DNA of 64,000 bases from an uncultured Schleiferiaceae bacterium (GTDB taxonomy: Bacteria; Bacteroidota; Bacteroidia; Flavobacteriales; Schleiferiaceae): the NCBI GenBank assembly GCA_965661055.1, contig CBFICS010000005.1, forward strand, positions 45,766 to 109,765. The letters run 5' to 3'. Both the position numbers and the translations under genes were made by a program. The notes beneath the pieces are model-generated. The model ran no database searches. It was not told where the DNA came from and saw nothing but the letters and a program-made list of their open reading frames with translations. Shown one piece after another: positions 56,727 through 64,000 of the stretch (its first letter is position 1; each line of letters begins with the position of its first letter).

Positions 56727-58034
56727 ATGAATGTAAAAAACTTGACCTTTCTAGCTTTGCTTTTTATTTCTGCCCAAACGGTTGTTGGCCAGCAAATAAA
56801 AACCGTGAAAATTCACCAAACACCCGGATTTATTACAGGCACCTGTGAACCGAGTATTTCAGTGAACCCTGCAGACCCCAACAACCTAGTGGCGGCCAGT
56901 GTTCTGAATAATGTTTATTACTCAAGTGACGGTGGATTTACCTGGGAGAAAGGAAAGATCAAATCGAGTTATGGTGTTTGGGGAGATCCTTGTATTGTGC
57001 ATGATGCCAGCGGAAGGGCGTATTATTTTCACCTTTCTGATCCTACCGGAAAGAACTGGCAGAGTGATAGTATTCTTGACCGTATTGTGGTTCAATGGTC
57101 TGATGACGGAGGCAAATCTTGGTCTGACGGTAGCTTTATGGGGCTTAATCATCCTAAAGACCAAGACAAAGAATGGGCAGCCGTTAACCTTGAAACGGGA
57201 GAGATCGTTGTCACTTGGACTCAGTTTGACAAATACAATTCTCCTGATGAAGAAGATAAGTCTAACATTCTTTTTTCAAGAAGCATTGACCGCGGTGAAA
57301 CCTGGTCAGACCCAATTGCCATCAATGAAATTTCAGGAAATTGTTTAGACGACGACCAAACCGTTGAAGGAGCCGTTCCTTCTTTTGGCCCCAATGGTGA
57401 AATTTATGTTGCATGGTCATATGATGAAAAAATTTACTTCAACCAAACAAAAAAATCAGGAACTGAATGGAATGAAGAAAACACCGTTGTGGCAAAGCAA
57501 CCGGGTGGTTGGACCATGAATATTCCAGGGTTAAATAGAACCAACGGAATGCCCGTTACCGCGGTTGACAACTCAGAAGGTCCGTACCGCGGTAGAATCT
57601 ATGTAATGTGGGGAGATATAAGACATGGTGAAACCAATGCTGATATTTTTTTAGCCCATTCTGATGACAACGGAGAAACGTTTAGCACCCCAACTAAAGT
57701 AAATCAAGATACAACCAACACTCACCAATTCTTGCCGTGGATGTCTATTGACAATAAGACGGGGGCTGTTTATTCTGTTTATTACGATAGAAGTAATTAT
57801 ACCAATGACAGTACGGATGTAATTTTTACTTATTCGCAAGACGGCGGACTTTCTTGGCAACACAGAAAAATTAACCTCGAAGGTTTTAACGTAAACCCAA
57901 AGGTGTTTTTTGGTGACTATAATAATATTACCTCTAGAAACGGAAAAGTATACCCGATTTGGACAGAGTTTCACAAGGGGTATTTAAGCGTATGGACTGC
58001 AATAATCGATTTAACCAAAGAAGATGAAGAATAG
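56727..58034 (+). CDS. BNR/Asp-box repeat beta-propeller protein (sialidase-like fold), secreted
   Basis: Five S-x-D-x-G-x-(T/S)-(W/F) boxes: SSDGGFTW, SDDGGKSW, SIDRGETW, SDDNGETF, SQDGGLSW. ATG at 56727 with a signal peptide. Confidence 0.75.
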   Translation: MNVKNLTFLALLFISAQTVVGQQIKTVKIHQTPGFITGTCEPSISVNPADPNNLVAASVLNNVYYSSDGGFTWEKGKIKSSYGVWGDPCIVHDASGRAYYFHLSDPTGKNWQSDSILDRIVVQWSDDGGKSWSDGSFMGLNHPKDQDKEWAAVNLETGEIVVTWTQFDKYNSPDEEDKSNILFSRSIDRGETWSDPIAINEISGNCLDDDQTVEGAVPSFGPNGEIYVAWSYDEKIYFNQTKKSGTEWNEENTVVAKQPGGWTMNIPGLNRTNGMPVTAVDNSEGPYRGRIYVMWGDIRHGETNADIFLAHSDDNGETFSTPTKVNQDTTNTHQFLPWMSIDNKTGAVYSVYYDRSNYTNDSTDVIFTYSQDGGLSWQHRKINLEGFNVNPKVFFGDYNNITSRNGKVYPIWTEFHKGYLSVWTAIIDLTKEDEE

Positions 58035-58737
58035 TAAATTACTGATCGTTTCTACTTCAAAAATCCACGGAAGTGAATACATGGCCTACATCAAAGATGA
58101 AGTGCTGGAGTTTTTTACAGGAATAAATACTTTGACCTTTATTCCCTATGCTAGACCAGGAGGCATTTCTTACGCTGAGTATACCAACCTTGTATCGAAA
58201 GCCCTCTCCCCTTTTGGACTAAATGTCAAAGGAATTCATGAGTACGAAAACCCTAAAAAAGCCATTGAACAAGCCGAAGGAATTTTTACTGGGGGTGGAA
58301 ATACGTTCGTTCTAGTCAAAACTTTGTACGAAAATGGCTTGATGGACCTAATCTCCAAAAGGGTTAAAAATGGCACACCTTACATGGGATCATCTGCCGG
58401 ATCAAACATTACCGGACTGAGTCTATGTACTACTAATGACATGCCTATTGTTTATCCACCAAGCTTTGACACCCTTGGCTTGGTTCCCTTCAACATTAAC
58501 CCTCACTACCTTGATCCAGATCCCAATTCTAAACATCAAGGCGAAACTCGCGAAACCAGAATTAATGAATTTCACCATTTCAATTCTCAGCCAGTTATCG
58601 GTCTTAGAGAAGGGTCTTGGCTTTGGGTAGAGAACGGAAAAATACACCTAAAGGGCAATCTAAAAGCTAGAATTTTTAAGGCAGGCAAACCACCCGTTGA
58701 AATCAGCCCTCAAGATATCACAGAACATCTGGTATAA
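58024..58737 (+). CDS. pepE: Dipeptidase E (peptidase S51)
   Basis: Motifs GGNTF and GSSAGSNI. 11-nt overlap with the upstream gene. Confidence 0.85.
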   Translation: MKNSKLLIVSTSKIHGSEYMAYIKDEVLEFFTGINTLTFIPYARPGGISYAEYTNLVSKALSPFGLNVKGIHEYENPKKAIEQAEGIFTGGGNTFVLVKTLYENGLMDLISKRVKNGTPYMGSSAGSNITGLSLCTTNDMPIVYPPSFDTLGLVPFNINPHYLDPDPNSKHQGETRETRINEFHHFNSQPVIGLREGSWLWVENGKIHLKGNLKARIFKAGKPPVEISPQDITEHLV

Positions 58738-58774
58738 GGGCAGTTCATCCAATTGCTTGGGCACTTTTTATTGG

Positions 58775-58782
58775 TATCTTTG
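58775..58782 (+). promoter_or_regulatory. Candidate -7 box TATCTTTG for gpmI
   Basis: Exact TAnnTTTG 47 nt upstream of the gpmI ATG. Confidence 0.4.
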
Positions 58783-58786
58783 CAGT

Positions 58787-58802
58787 CCGCTTTCGCGCGA
58801 AA
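58787..58802 (+). repeat. Variant of the mini-hairpin (CCGCTTTCGCGCG) merged with the 12-nt perfect palindrome TTTCGCGCGAAA
   Basis: Shares 11 nt (CCGCTTTCGCG) with the 13-mer. Lies 5 nt after the -7 box, at the predicted 5' end of the gpmI transcript. Confidence 0.8.
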
Positions 58803-58828
58803 ATATTTAACTCGACAATGTAAAGGGC

Positions 58829-60340
58829 ATGAGCAAAGTAATGCTAATGATACTTGACGGATGGGGAATTGCTAAAAACCCAGAAGTCTCTGCTGTAGAT
58901 AAAGCAGACACTCCGTTTATGGATAGCCTTAAGGGCAATTTTCCGTTCACTAAAATGCATACCTCAGGTATGAATGTAGGGCTACCCGAAGGCCAAATGG
59001 GCAATTCAGAGGTGGGTCACATGAACCTGGGCGCAGGTAGAGTAGTTTACCAAGAATTGGCAAAATTAAATTTAGCCGTTCAAGAAAAAACCATGTGGAC
59101 CAACAAGGCATTGGTTGAAGCCATGGAGTTGGCTAAATCAAAAAACGTGAAATTGCATCTAATGGGGTTAGTTTCTGATGGAGGGGTTCACTCTCATATC
59201 AATCACCTCAACGGCTTGCTTTCTATGGCGCATGATTTACAAGTCAATAATGTATTTGTACATGCCTTTACTGATGGTAGAGATACCGACCCAAGGGGAG
59301 GTATTAATTATTTAAAGACGGTAGAAAGTCACATGGCAAAAACCACCGGAACCCTTGCCACTATTGTGGGAAGGTATTTTGCTATGGACCGAGATCACCG
59401 TTGGGAAAGAGTGAAAAAGGCATATGACCTTTTAGTAAATGGCACCGGAACAAAAGAGAAGTCAGCCACAGAAGCGCTTCAAAAACAATACGACCAGAAT
59501 ATTACTGATGAGTTTATTGAACCTATAGTACTGCATGATGCTAAAATTGAAAATGGAGATGTGGTCATCTGTTTTAATTTTAGAACAGACAGAGGCCGTC
59601 AAATAACCATGGCGTTGAGTCAAAATGACTATCCAGAATATCAAATGAAAAAACTGGATTTGCATTACGTAACCATGACCAATTACGATGAATCATTTAA
59701 AAATATTCATATAGCCTACCACAAAGAAAACATCAATATGACCTTAGGTGAGGTCTTAGAGAAAAGTGGTAAGCGTCAAATAAGAATTGCAGAAACAGAA
59801 AAATATCCTCACGTTACCTTTTTCTTTTCAGGAGGAAGAGAAGAACCCTTTGAGAATGAAAAAAGAATTCTTTGTCCTTCTCCCAAAGTAGCCACCTATG
59901 ATCTCATGCCAGAAATGAGTGCCCATGAAATCAAAAGCAAAATCATTCCAGAGTTAGAAGGTAAGACCGCCGATTTTATTTGCCTGAATTTCGCCAATCC
60001 AGATATGGTAGGTCACACAGGAGACATGAACGCAGCCATTAAAGCGTGTGAAACGGTAGACCGCTGTGCCGGAGAAGTGGTTTCCGCAGGACTTAAAAAT
60101 GGCTATCAGTTTATTATATTAGCTGATCATGGAAATGCAGATTGCATGATCAATGAAGATGGCTCGCCCAATACAGCCCATACAACCGTACCTGTTCCGT
60201 GCTATTTGGTTGGCGCTGAAAGTAATGTAACAGGACTAAAAGAAGGAAAATTAGGAGATATTGCACCTACTATTTTATCACTTATGAATATTGAGGTTCC
60301 TCAGCAAATGACCGGAGAAAACCTTTTAATAACCAATTAG
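58829..60340 (+). CDS. gpmI: 2,3-bisphosphoglycerate-independent phosphoglycerate mutase
   Basis: Motifs ILDGWG, NSEVGHMNLGAGR, ADHGNA. Confidence 0.95.
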   Translation: MSKVMLMILDGWGIAKNPEVSAVDKADTPFMDSLKGNFPFTKMHTSGMNVGLPEGQMGNSEVGHMNLGAGRVVYQELAKLNLAVQEKTMWTNKALVEAMELAKSKNVKLHLMGLVSDGGVHSHINHLNGLLSMAHDLQVNNVFVHAFTDGRDTDPRGGINYLKTVESHMAKTTGTLATIVGRYFAMDRDHRWERVKKAYDLLVNGTGTKEKSATEALQKQYDQNITDEFIEPIVLHDAKIENGDVVICFNFRTDRGRQITMALSQNDYPEYQMKKLDLHYVTMTNYDESFKNIHIAYHKENINMTLGEVLEKSGKRQIRIAETEKYPHVTFFFSGGREEPFENEKRILCPSPKVATYDLMPEMSAHEIKSKIIPELEGKTADFICLNFANPDMVGHTGDMNAAIKACETVDRCAGEVVSAGLKNGYQFIILADHGNADCMINEDGSPNTAHTTVPVPCYLVGAESNVTGLKEGKLGDIAPTILSLMNIEVPQQMTGENLLITN

Positions 60341-60351
60341 TACTAAGTCGC

Positions 60352-60759
60352 ATGAATGATTCATTAATTATCGCCGTAGATTTTGACGGAACCATTGTAG
60401 AAGATAGATACCCTAAAATCGGCAAACCCATGCTGTTTGCTTTTGATACCTTAAAAAGACTTCAAAACGATGGACATCGTTTAATACTGTGGACTTACAG
60501 ACACGGTCGAAAATTAGATGAGGCAGTTGCTTTTTGTTTAGAAAACGGAATTGAGTTTTATGCTGTAAACAAGAGCTACCCAGAAGAAGAAGATTTAGAC
60601 CCTAAGGTGAGCAGAAAAATTCACTGTGACCTTTTTATCGACGACAGAAATGTAGGAGGGTTTCCGGGTTGGGGTGAAGTTTACCACAAAATCAATCCGA
60701 CCACAAACCCTCAAAAAAAGGAATCGAAAAAAGGTGGGTTGTTTAAAATTTTTAAATAG
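60352..60759 (+). CDS. Small HAD-superfamily-like phosphatase-fold protein
   Basis: DxDxT motif AVDFDGT and C-terminal FIDDR. Confidence 0.55.
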   Translation: MNDSLIIAVDFDGTIVEDRYPKIGKPMLFAFDTLKRLQNDGHRLILWTYRHGRKLDEAVAFCLENGIEFYAVNKSYPEEEDLDPKVSRKIHCDLFIDDRNVGGFPGWGEVYHKINPTTNPQKKESKKGGLFKIFK

Positions 60760-60762
60760 ACT

Positions 60763-61542
60763 ATGATAAAATATAAGTCAAGAGAAGAGATAGAAATTAT
60801 GCGCGAGAGCGCACAATTAGTTTCAAAGACATTAGGAATGTTAGCTCCGAAAATTGTTCCTGGAGTTACCTCCCTAGAACTGGACAAGCTTGCTGAAGAA
60901 TTCATTAGAGACCATGGGGGTGTACCCGGATTTTTAGGAATGTACGATTTCCCAAATTCACTTTGCATGTCTGTAAACGACATGGTGGTTCATGGAATCC
61001 CTACTAATAAACCCTTAGAAAATGGCGATATTATTTCTGTTGACTGTGGCGTATATATGAACGGCTATTACGGTGACCACGCCTACACCTTTGAAGTAGG
61101 TGAAGTTTCTGAAGAAATTAAAAAACTATTAAAGGTTACCAAAGAAAGTCTTTACCTAGGTATTGAAGAAATGAGAGTAGGTAGACGTTTAGGCGACATT
61201 GGCTGGGCTATTCAGAATCATGCAGAAAAACATGGTTATGGGGTGGTAAGAGAATTAGTAGGACATGGTTTAGGAAGAGAAATGCACGAAGATCCTCAAG
61301 TACCCAATTACGGTAAAAGAGGTCGTGGCAAAAAACTTCAAGAAGGATTGGTTTTGGCCATTGAGCCCATGATCAACATGGGGACACACAGAATTAAGCA
61401 ATTAAACGACGGCTGGAGTATTTTAACCAAAGACGGTAAACCTTCTGCACATTTTGAACATGATGTAGCTATTGTTGATGGAAAACCAGACATCTTATCA
61501 ACCTTTGACTATATTTACGAAGCACTAGGAATTACTGAATAA
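60763..61542 (+). CDS. map: Type I methionyl aminopeptidase
   Basis: Motifs VVHGIP, DCGVYMNGYYGD, GHGLGREMHE, AIEPM, EHDV. Confidence 0.95.
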   Translation: MIKYKSREEIEIMRESAQLVSKTLGMLAPKIVPGVTSLELDKLAEEFIRDHGGVPGFLGMYDFPNSLCMSVNDMVVHGIPTNKPLENGDIISVDCGVYMNGYYGDHAYTFEVGEVSEEIKKLLKVTKESLYLGIEEMRVGRRLGDIGWAIQNHAEKHGYGVVRELVGHGLGREMHEDPQVPNYGKRGRGKKLQEGLVLAIEPMINMGTHRIKQLNDGWSILTKDGKPSAHFEHDVAIVDGKPDILSTFDYIYEALGITE

Positions 61543-61543
61543 C

Positions 61544-62314
61544 ATGTTGAACTCTGCTATAAAATTTGCTCTAAATAATATTCCGCGTCCTATTTTAATT
61601 AGAATGAGCTACGCGGTTCAAGCATTAGCGCCTGTCCTTTTTAAAGGAGACCGGTTTACCGATCCTATTGACGGACGCAGCTATCGCAAGTTTTTCCCCT
61701 ACGGTTACGGAAACACCCAAAGAGAAAACGCCTTAAGCCCAGGCACCAATTCTCTTGAAAGACATAGACTTTTATGGTTGTATCTAAAAGAAGAAACTGA
61801 TTTTTTTACGGCCAACAAAAAGGTTCTTCACGTAGCTCCAGAGCAATGTTTTTATGGCCGCTTTCGCGGGATGAAAAACCTTGATTACACCACAGCAGAT
61901 TTGTTTTCACCCTTGGCTGATGTAAAAATGGATATTCATGACATTCCCTTTGAGGACAATCTATTTGACGTAGTTTTCTGTAATCATGTACTAGAACACG
62001 TTACCGACGATGCTCAATGTATGAAGGAGTTGAATAGAGTTCTCAAGCCTGGAGGCCTTGCCATCATGCAGGTACCGTTAGACAACACTTTAGAAAAGAC
62101 CTTTGAAGATCCCACCATTACCGATCCTAAAGAACGCGAAAGGTTGTTTGGGCAATATGACCACGTAAGACAGTATGGTTTAGATTATTCAGAAAGACTT
62201 AAAGCAGCTGGTTTTGTGGTAAATCCTGTAGATTACTCCTCAATTCTTTCAGATGAAATGTTTGAAAAATACCGTTTGCCCAAGGGAGAGATTTTATACG
62301 TTTGTTCAAAGTAA
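61544..62314 (+). CDS. Class I SAM-dependent methyltransferase
   Basis: Motifs VLHVAPE, FDVVFCNHVLEHV, LKPGG. Confidence 0.8.
   Translation: MLNSAIKFALNNIPRPILIRMSYAVQALAPVLFKGDRFTDPIDGRSYRKFFPYGYGNTQRENALSPGTNSLERHRLLWLYLKEETDFFTANKKVLHVAPEQCFYGRFRGMKNLDYTTADLFSPLADVKMDIHDIPFEDNLFDVVFCNHVLEHVTDDAQCMKELNRVLKPGGLAIMQVPLDNTLEKTFEDPTITDPKERERLFGQYDHVRQYGLDYSERLKAAGFVVNPVDYSSILSDEMFEKYRLPKGEILYVCSK
61858..61870 (+). repeat. Copy 3 of the 13-mer CCGCTTTCGCGGG, inside the methyltransferase CDS
   Basis: Encodes G-R-F-R-G, a different reading frame from copy 2. Confidence 0.9.
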
Positions 62315-62320
62315 CCCCCC

Positions 62321-63772
62321 TTATTTGAGTCTTCGCAACCCTGCCTTTCCTTGTCGATAAATACCTTCGTAGTAAGGGTAACCTGAATAACTCATAGCCA
62401 ACTCGTAGTACATTTTAGCCTTTTTGGGTTTACTCATATTGAACTCATAAATATGAGCCAATTGCATACTGCTTTTTGCGGCTTGGTAGGTGTCTTGTTG
62501 TTTATTAGAAGATAAACATTTTAGGTAATTCTTTTCGGCTTCATCATACTCACCCATGGCTTGGGTAACCCTACCCCTTCGGTAATACCATTCTACTTTT
62601 TGAAAGTCTGACAATTGATCGAAATTAATACTATTTAAATATTCTTCAGCCAACAAAAAAGTACCTCCATCAAAAGCCAGTCTAGCTTTTATTAATTCTT
62701 TGGTCAACGGACGTTTTAACTCTAGCAGAGCCTCTTCATCTGCCCCCCTAAATTCAAAACCAGCGTTCTCAATTTTGTCTTTATATTCCCAAGAACGCAA
62801 ACCCTTATTCCAAATAATATCACTCCACATCAAATACCTGTAGGTAGATTTTATAAAGTGTTTACCCTTGTAAATTCGCAGGTAGTCCTCAAAGCAAGTA
62901 ACTGCTTTAGAATCCATCACTGCTAGTCTTGCTTTGCCTTCGAGGTAGTACAAATACGGATAGTCGTAAACACCTTCTACGGGTCTGTCCATCAATAAAA
63001 GTAAAGCCTCTGTATTTTTCTCTTTTGAAAACAAAATAGACACTTCTAAAAAAAGAATCAGGTTGCTTTCTTCGGTTTTCACGTTTAAGGATGAAGTAGA
63101 GAAGCTAGGATCTAATCCCATTTGAAAAACGGTATACCCATAAGTAAATGAAAATGGCAATCGCAAGTAGGGATATAATTCTAAGGATTTTAAATAGCCC
63201 CACTTAACATTTTCATATCCATTGTCAATATCGCCCTCGTATCCAAACATGCTAGCTAGCCATTTGTAGGTGGGGGGTAATGAGCCAAAACCAAGTTCTA
63301 TAAGACCTTTTAGAAATACGGCCGGTGCAAACGCTTTATCTTTTGCCAATAGCTCTTCTAAAACATCATAGGCCTTGGTGATTTTTCTGCCTGCTGTAAA
63401 TGACTCACCAAACTTGGCAGCCAAGATAGATTGCTGAAAATAAATTTCTGCTTCGCAATAAAGTGAGAAGGTATTTCTATTGGGTTCTTGAGAGACTCTG
63501 TTAAGATAGGTCTCTAAATTGTTTTGCTGCTTTTCATATTCTAAATGATCTTCAGAAAGAAATAAAGTCAAGAATATTTCTGTATGCTTTAAATACCCAT
63601 CAACCCTATTTTTAGGTTCATAAACCTTAAGCTGATTAAAATAAAAAATAGCACTATCAATCTTCAGAGCATATAAATAATTAAATGCCTTTGTGGCCCG
63701 TGGTGAGAAGTCAAGAGACCACCCACTAAGAGTAAAGGTAGATAGTATTATAAGGGTAAGTAGCTTTTTCAT
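62321..63772 (-). CDS. Secreted TPR-like repeat protein, function unknown
   Basis: Signal peptide. Helical-repeat character with recurring A-x-x-Y/F-x-x-A patterns (e.g. AEKNYLKCL, AKMYYELAM). Confidence 0.55.
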   Translation of the reverse strand: MKKLLTLIILSTFTLSGWSLDFSPRATKAFNYLYALKIDSAIFYFNQLKVYEPKNRVDGYLKHTEIFLTLFLSEDHLEYEKQQNNLETYLNRVSQEPNRNTFSLYCEAEIYFQQSILAAKFGESFTAGRKITKAYDVLEELLAKDKAFAPAVFLKGLIELGFGSLPPTYKWLASMFGYEGDIDNGYENVKWGYLKSLELYPYLRLPFSFTYGYTVFQMGLDPSFSTSSLNVKTEESNLILFLEVSILFSKEKNTEALLLLMDRPVEGVYDYPYLYYLEGKARLAVMDSKAVTCFEDYLRIYKGKHFIKSTYRYLMWSDIIWNKGLRSWEYKDKIENAGFEFRGADEEALLELKRPLTKELIKARLAFDGGTFLLAEEYLNSINFDQLSDFQKVEWYYRRGRVTQAMGEYDEAEKNYLKCLSSNKQQDTYQAAKSSMQLAHIYEFNMSKPKKAKMYYELAMSYSGYPYYEGIYRQGKAGLRRLK

Positions 63773-63777
63773 AAAGC

Positions 63778-63806
63778 AAAAAAAAGGGATTTCATTTGAA
63801 ATCCCT
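63778..63806 (-). terminator. Rho-independent terminator of the right-edge gene
   Basis: GGGATTTC / GAAATCCC stem with a 4-nt loop, followed on the minus strand by U8. Confidence 0.75.
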
Positions 63807-63825
63807 TACTGAATATGTGAAATTT

Positions 63826-64000
63826 TTATTTCAAAGCTTTTGCAAACTCTTGGTCCATTTTGTCTTCCTCTTCTTTTGCAAGATCTGGATCAACTAAAAT
63901 TCTACCAGAATGTTCATCAGCTAAAATCTTCTTTCTTTGAGCAATCTCTAATTGACGCTGTGGCGGTATAACAAAGAATGAACCACCTGATGCACCTCTT
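63826..64000 (-). CDS. 3' end of a CDS entering from the right edge, product not recognised
   Basis: Open minus-strand frame ...RGASGGSFFVIPPQRQLEIAQRKKILADEHSGRILVDPDLAKEEEDKMDQEFAKALK*, followed by a terminator. Confidence 0.5.
   Translation of the reverse strand, partial: RGASGGSFFVIPPQRQLEIAQRKKILADEHSGRILVDPDLAKEEEDKMDQEFAKALK

Noticed and set aside
56911-57348. 145-aa ORF in an alternative frame inside the BNR gene
   Set aside because: It lies fully inside a CDS with five clear Asp-box motifs and has no motif or signal of its own, so it is a shadow ORF.
1-64000. CRISPR arrays, tRNA/rRNA genes, IS elements, integrases, prophage or defence islands
   Set aside because: I saw no regularly spaced direct repeats, no cloverleaf-like GC-rich segments in the intergenic gaps, and no transposase-, integrase- or phage-like proteins among the ORFs.

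Overview
This window looks like 64 kb of core chromosome from a low-GC Bacteroidota genome, probably Flavobacteriia-like. The taxon call rests on three things: T9SS type A and type B C-terminal sorting domains, TAnnTTTG promoter boxes, and many Bacteroidota-typical DUF families. I call about 62 protein genes, densely packed and often with 1-17 nt start/stop overlaps.

Most genes are housekeeping:
- Cofactor and translation: folE, cysS, yidD, rlmH, nadC, truA, map, rsmD, rdgB. rpmH is also present; it is 52 aa and absent from the ORF track.
- Pyrimidine synthesis: carB, pyrR, pyrB.
- Other core functions: mpl, rho, lgt, gpmI, pepE, and a divergent dps/oxyR pair.

Accessory-looking content:
- Two tandem LamG / T9SS type B adhesin-like genes.
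- A glycan locus with GT4, flippase, sulfotransferase, a YfhO-type membrane protein and a second GT.
- A three-lipoprotein operon with a di-haem peroxidase (MbnH/MbnP-like).
- An operon of M1 peptidase, HupE/UreJ and a small secreted protein.

I saw no rRNA, tRNA, CRISPR array, transposase or integrase.

I cannot point to an unambiguous brand-new system. The observations most worth follow-up are:
1. rnz (RNase Z) is interrupted by one in-frame TAG.
2. An exact GC-rich 13-mer mini-hairpin (CCGCTTTCGCGGG) recurs three times, plus one variant, always in the same transcript orientation.
3. The MbnH/MbnP-like lipoprotein triplet.
4. The sulfotransferase/YfhO glycan locus.
5. The metal-linked M1 / HupE / small-protein triad.

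Functional calls come from motifs I recognise by eye. No database search was run.
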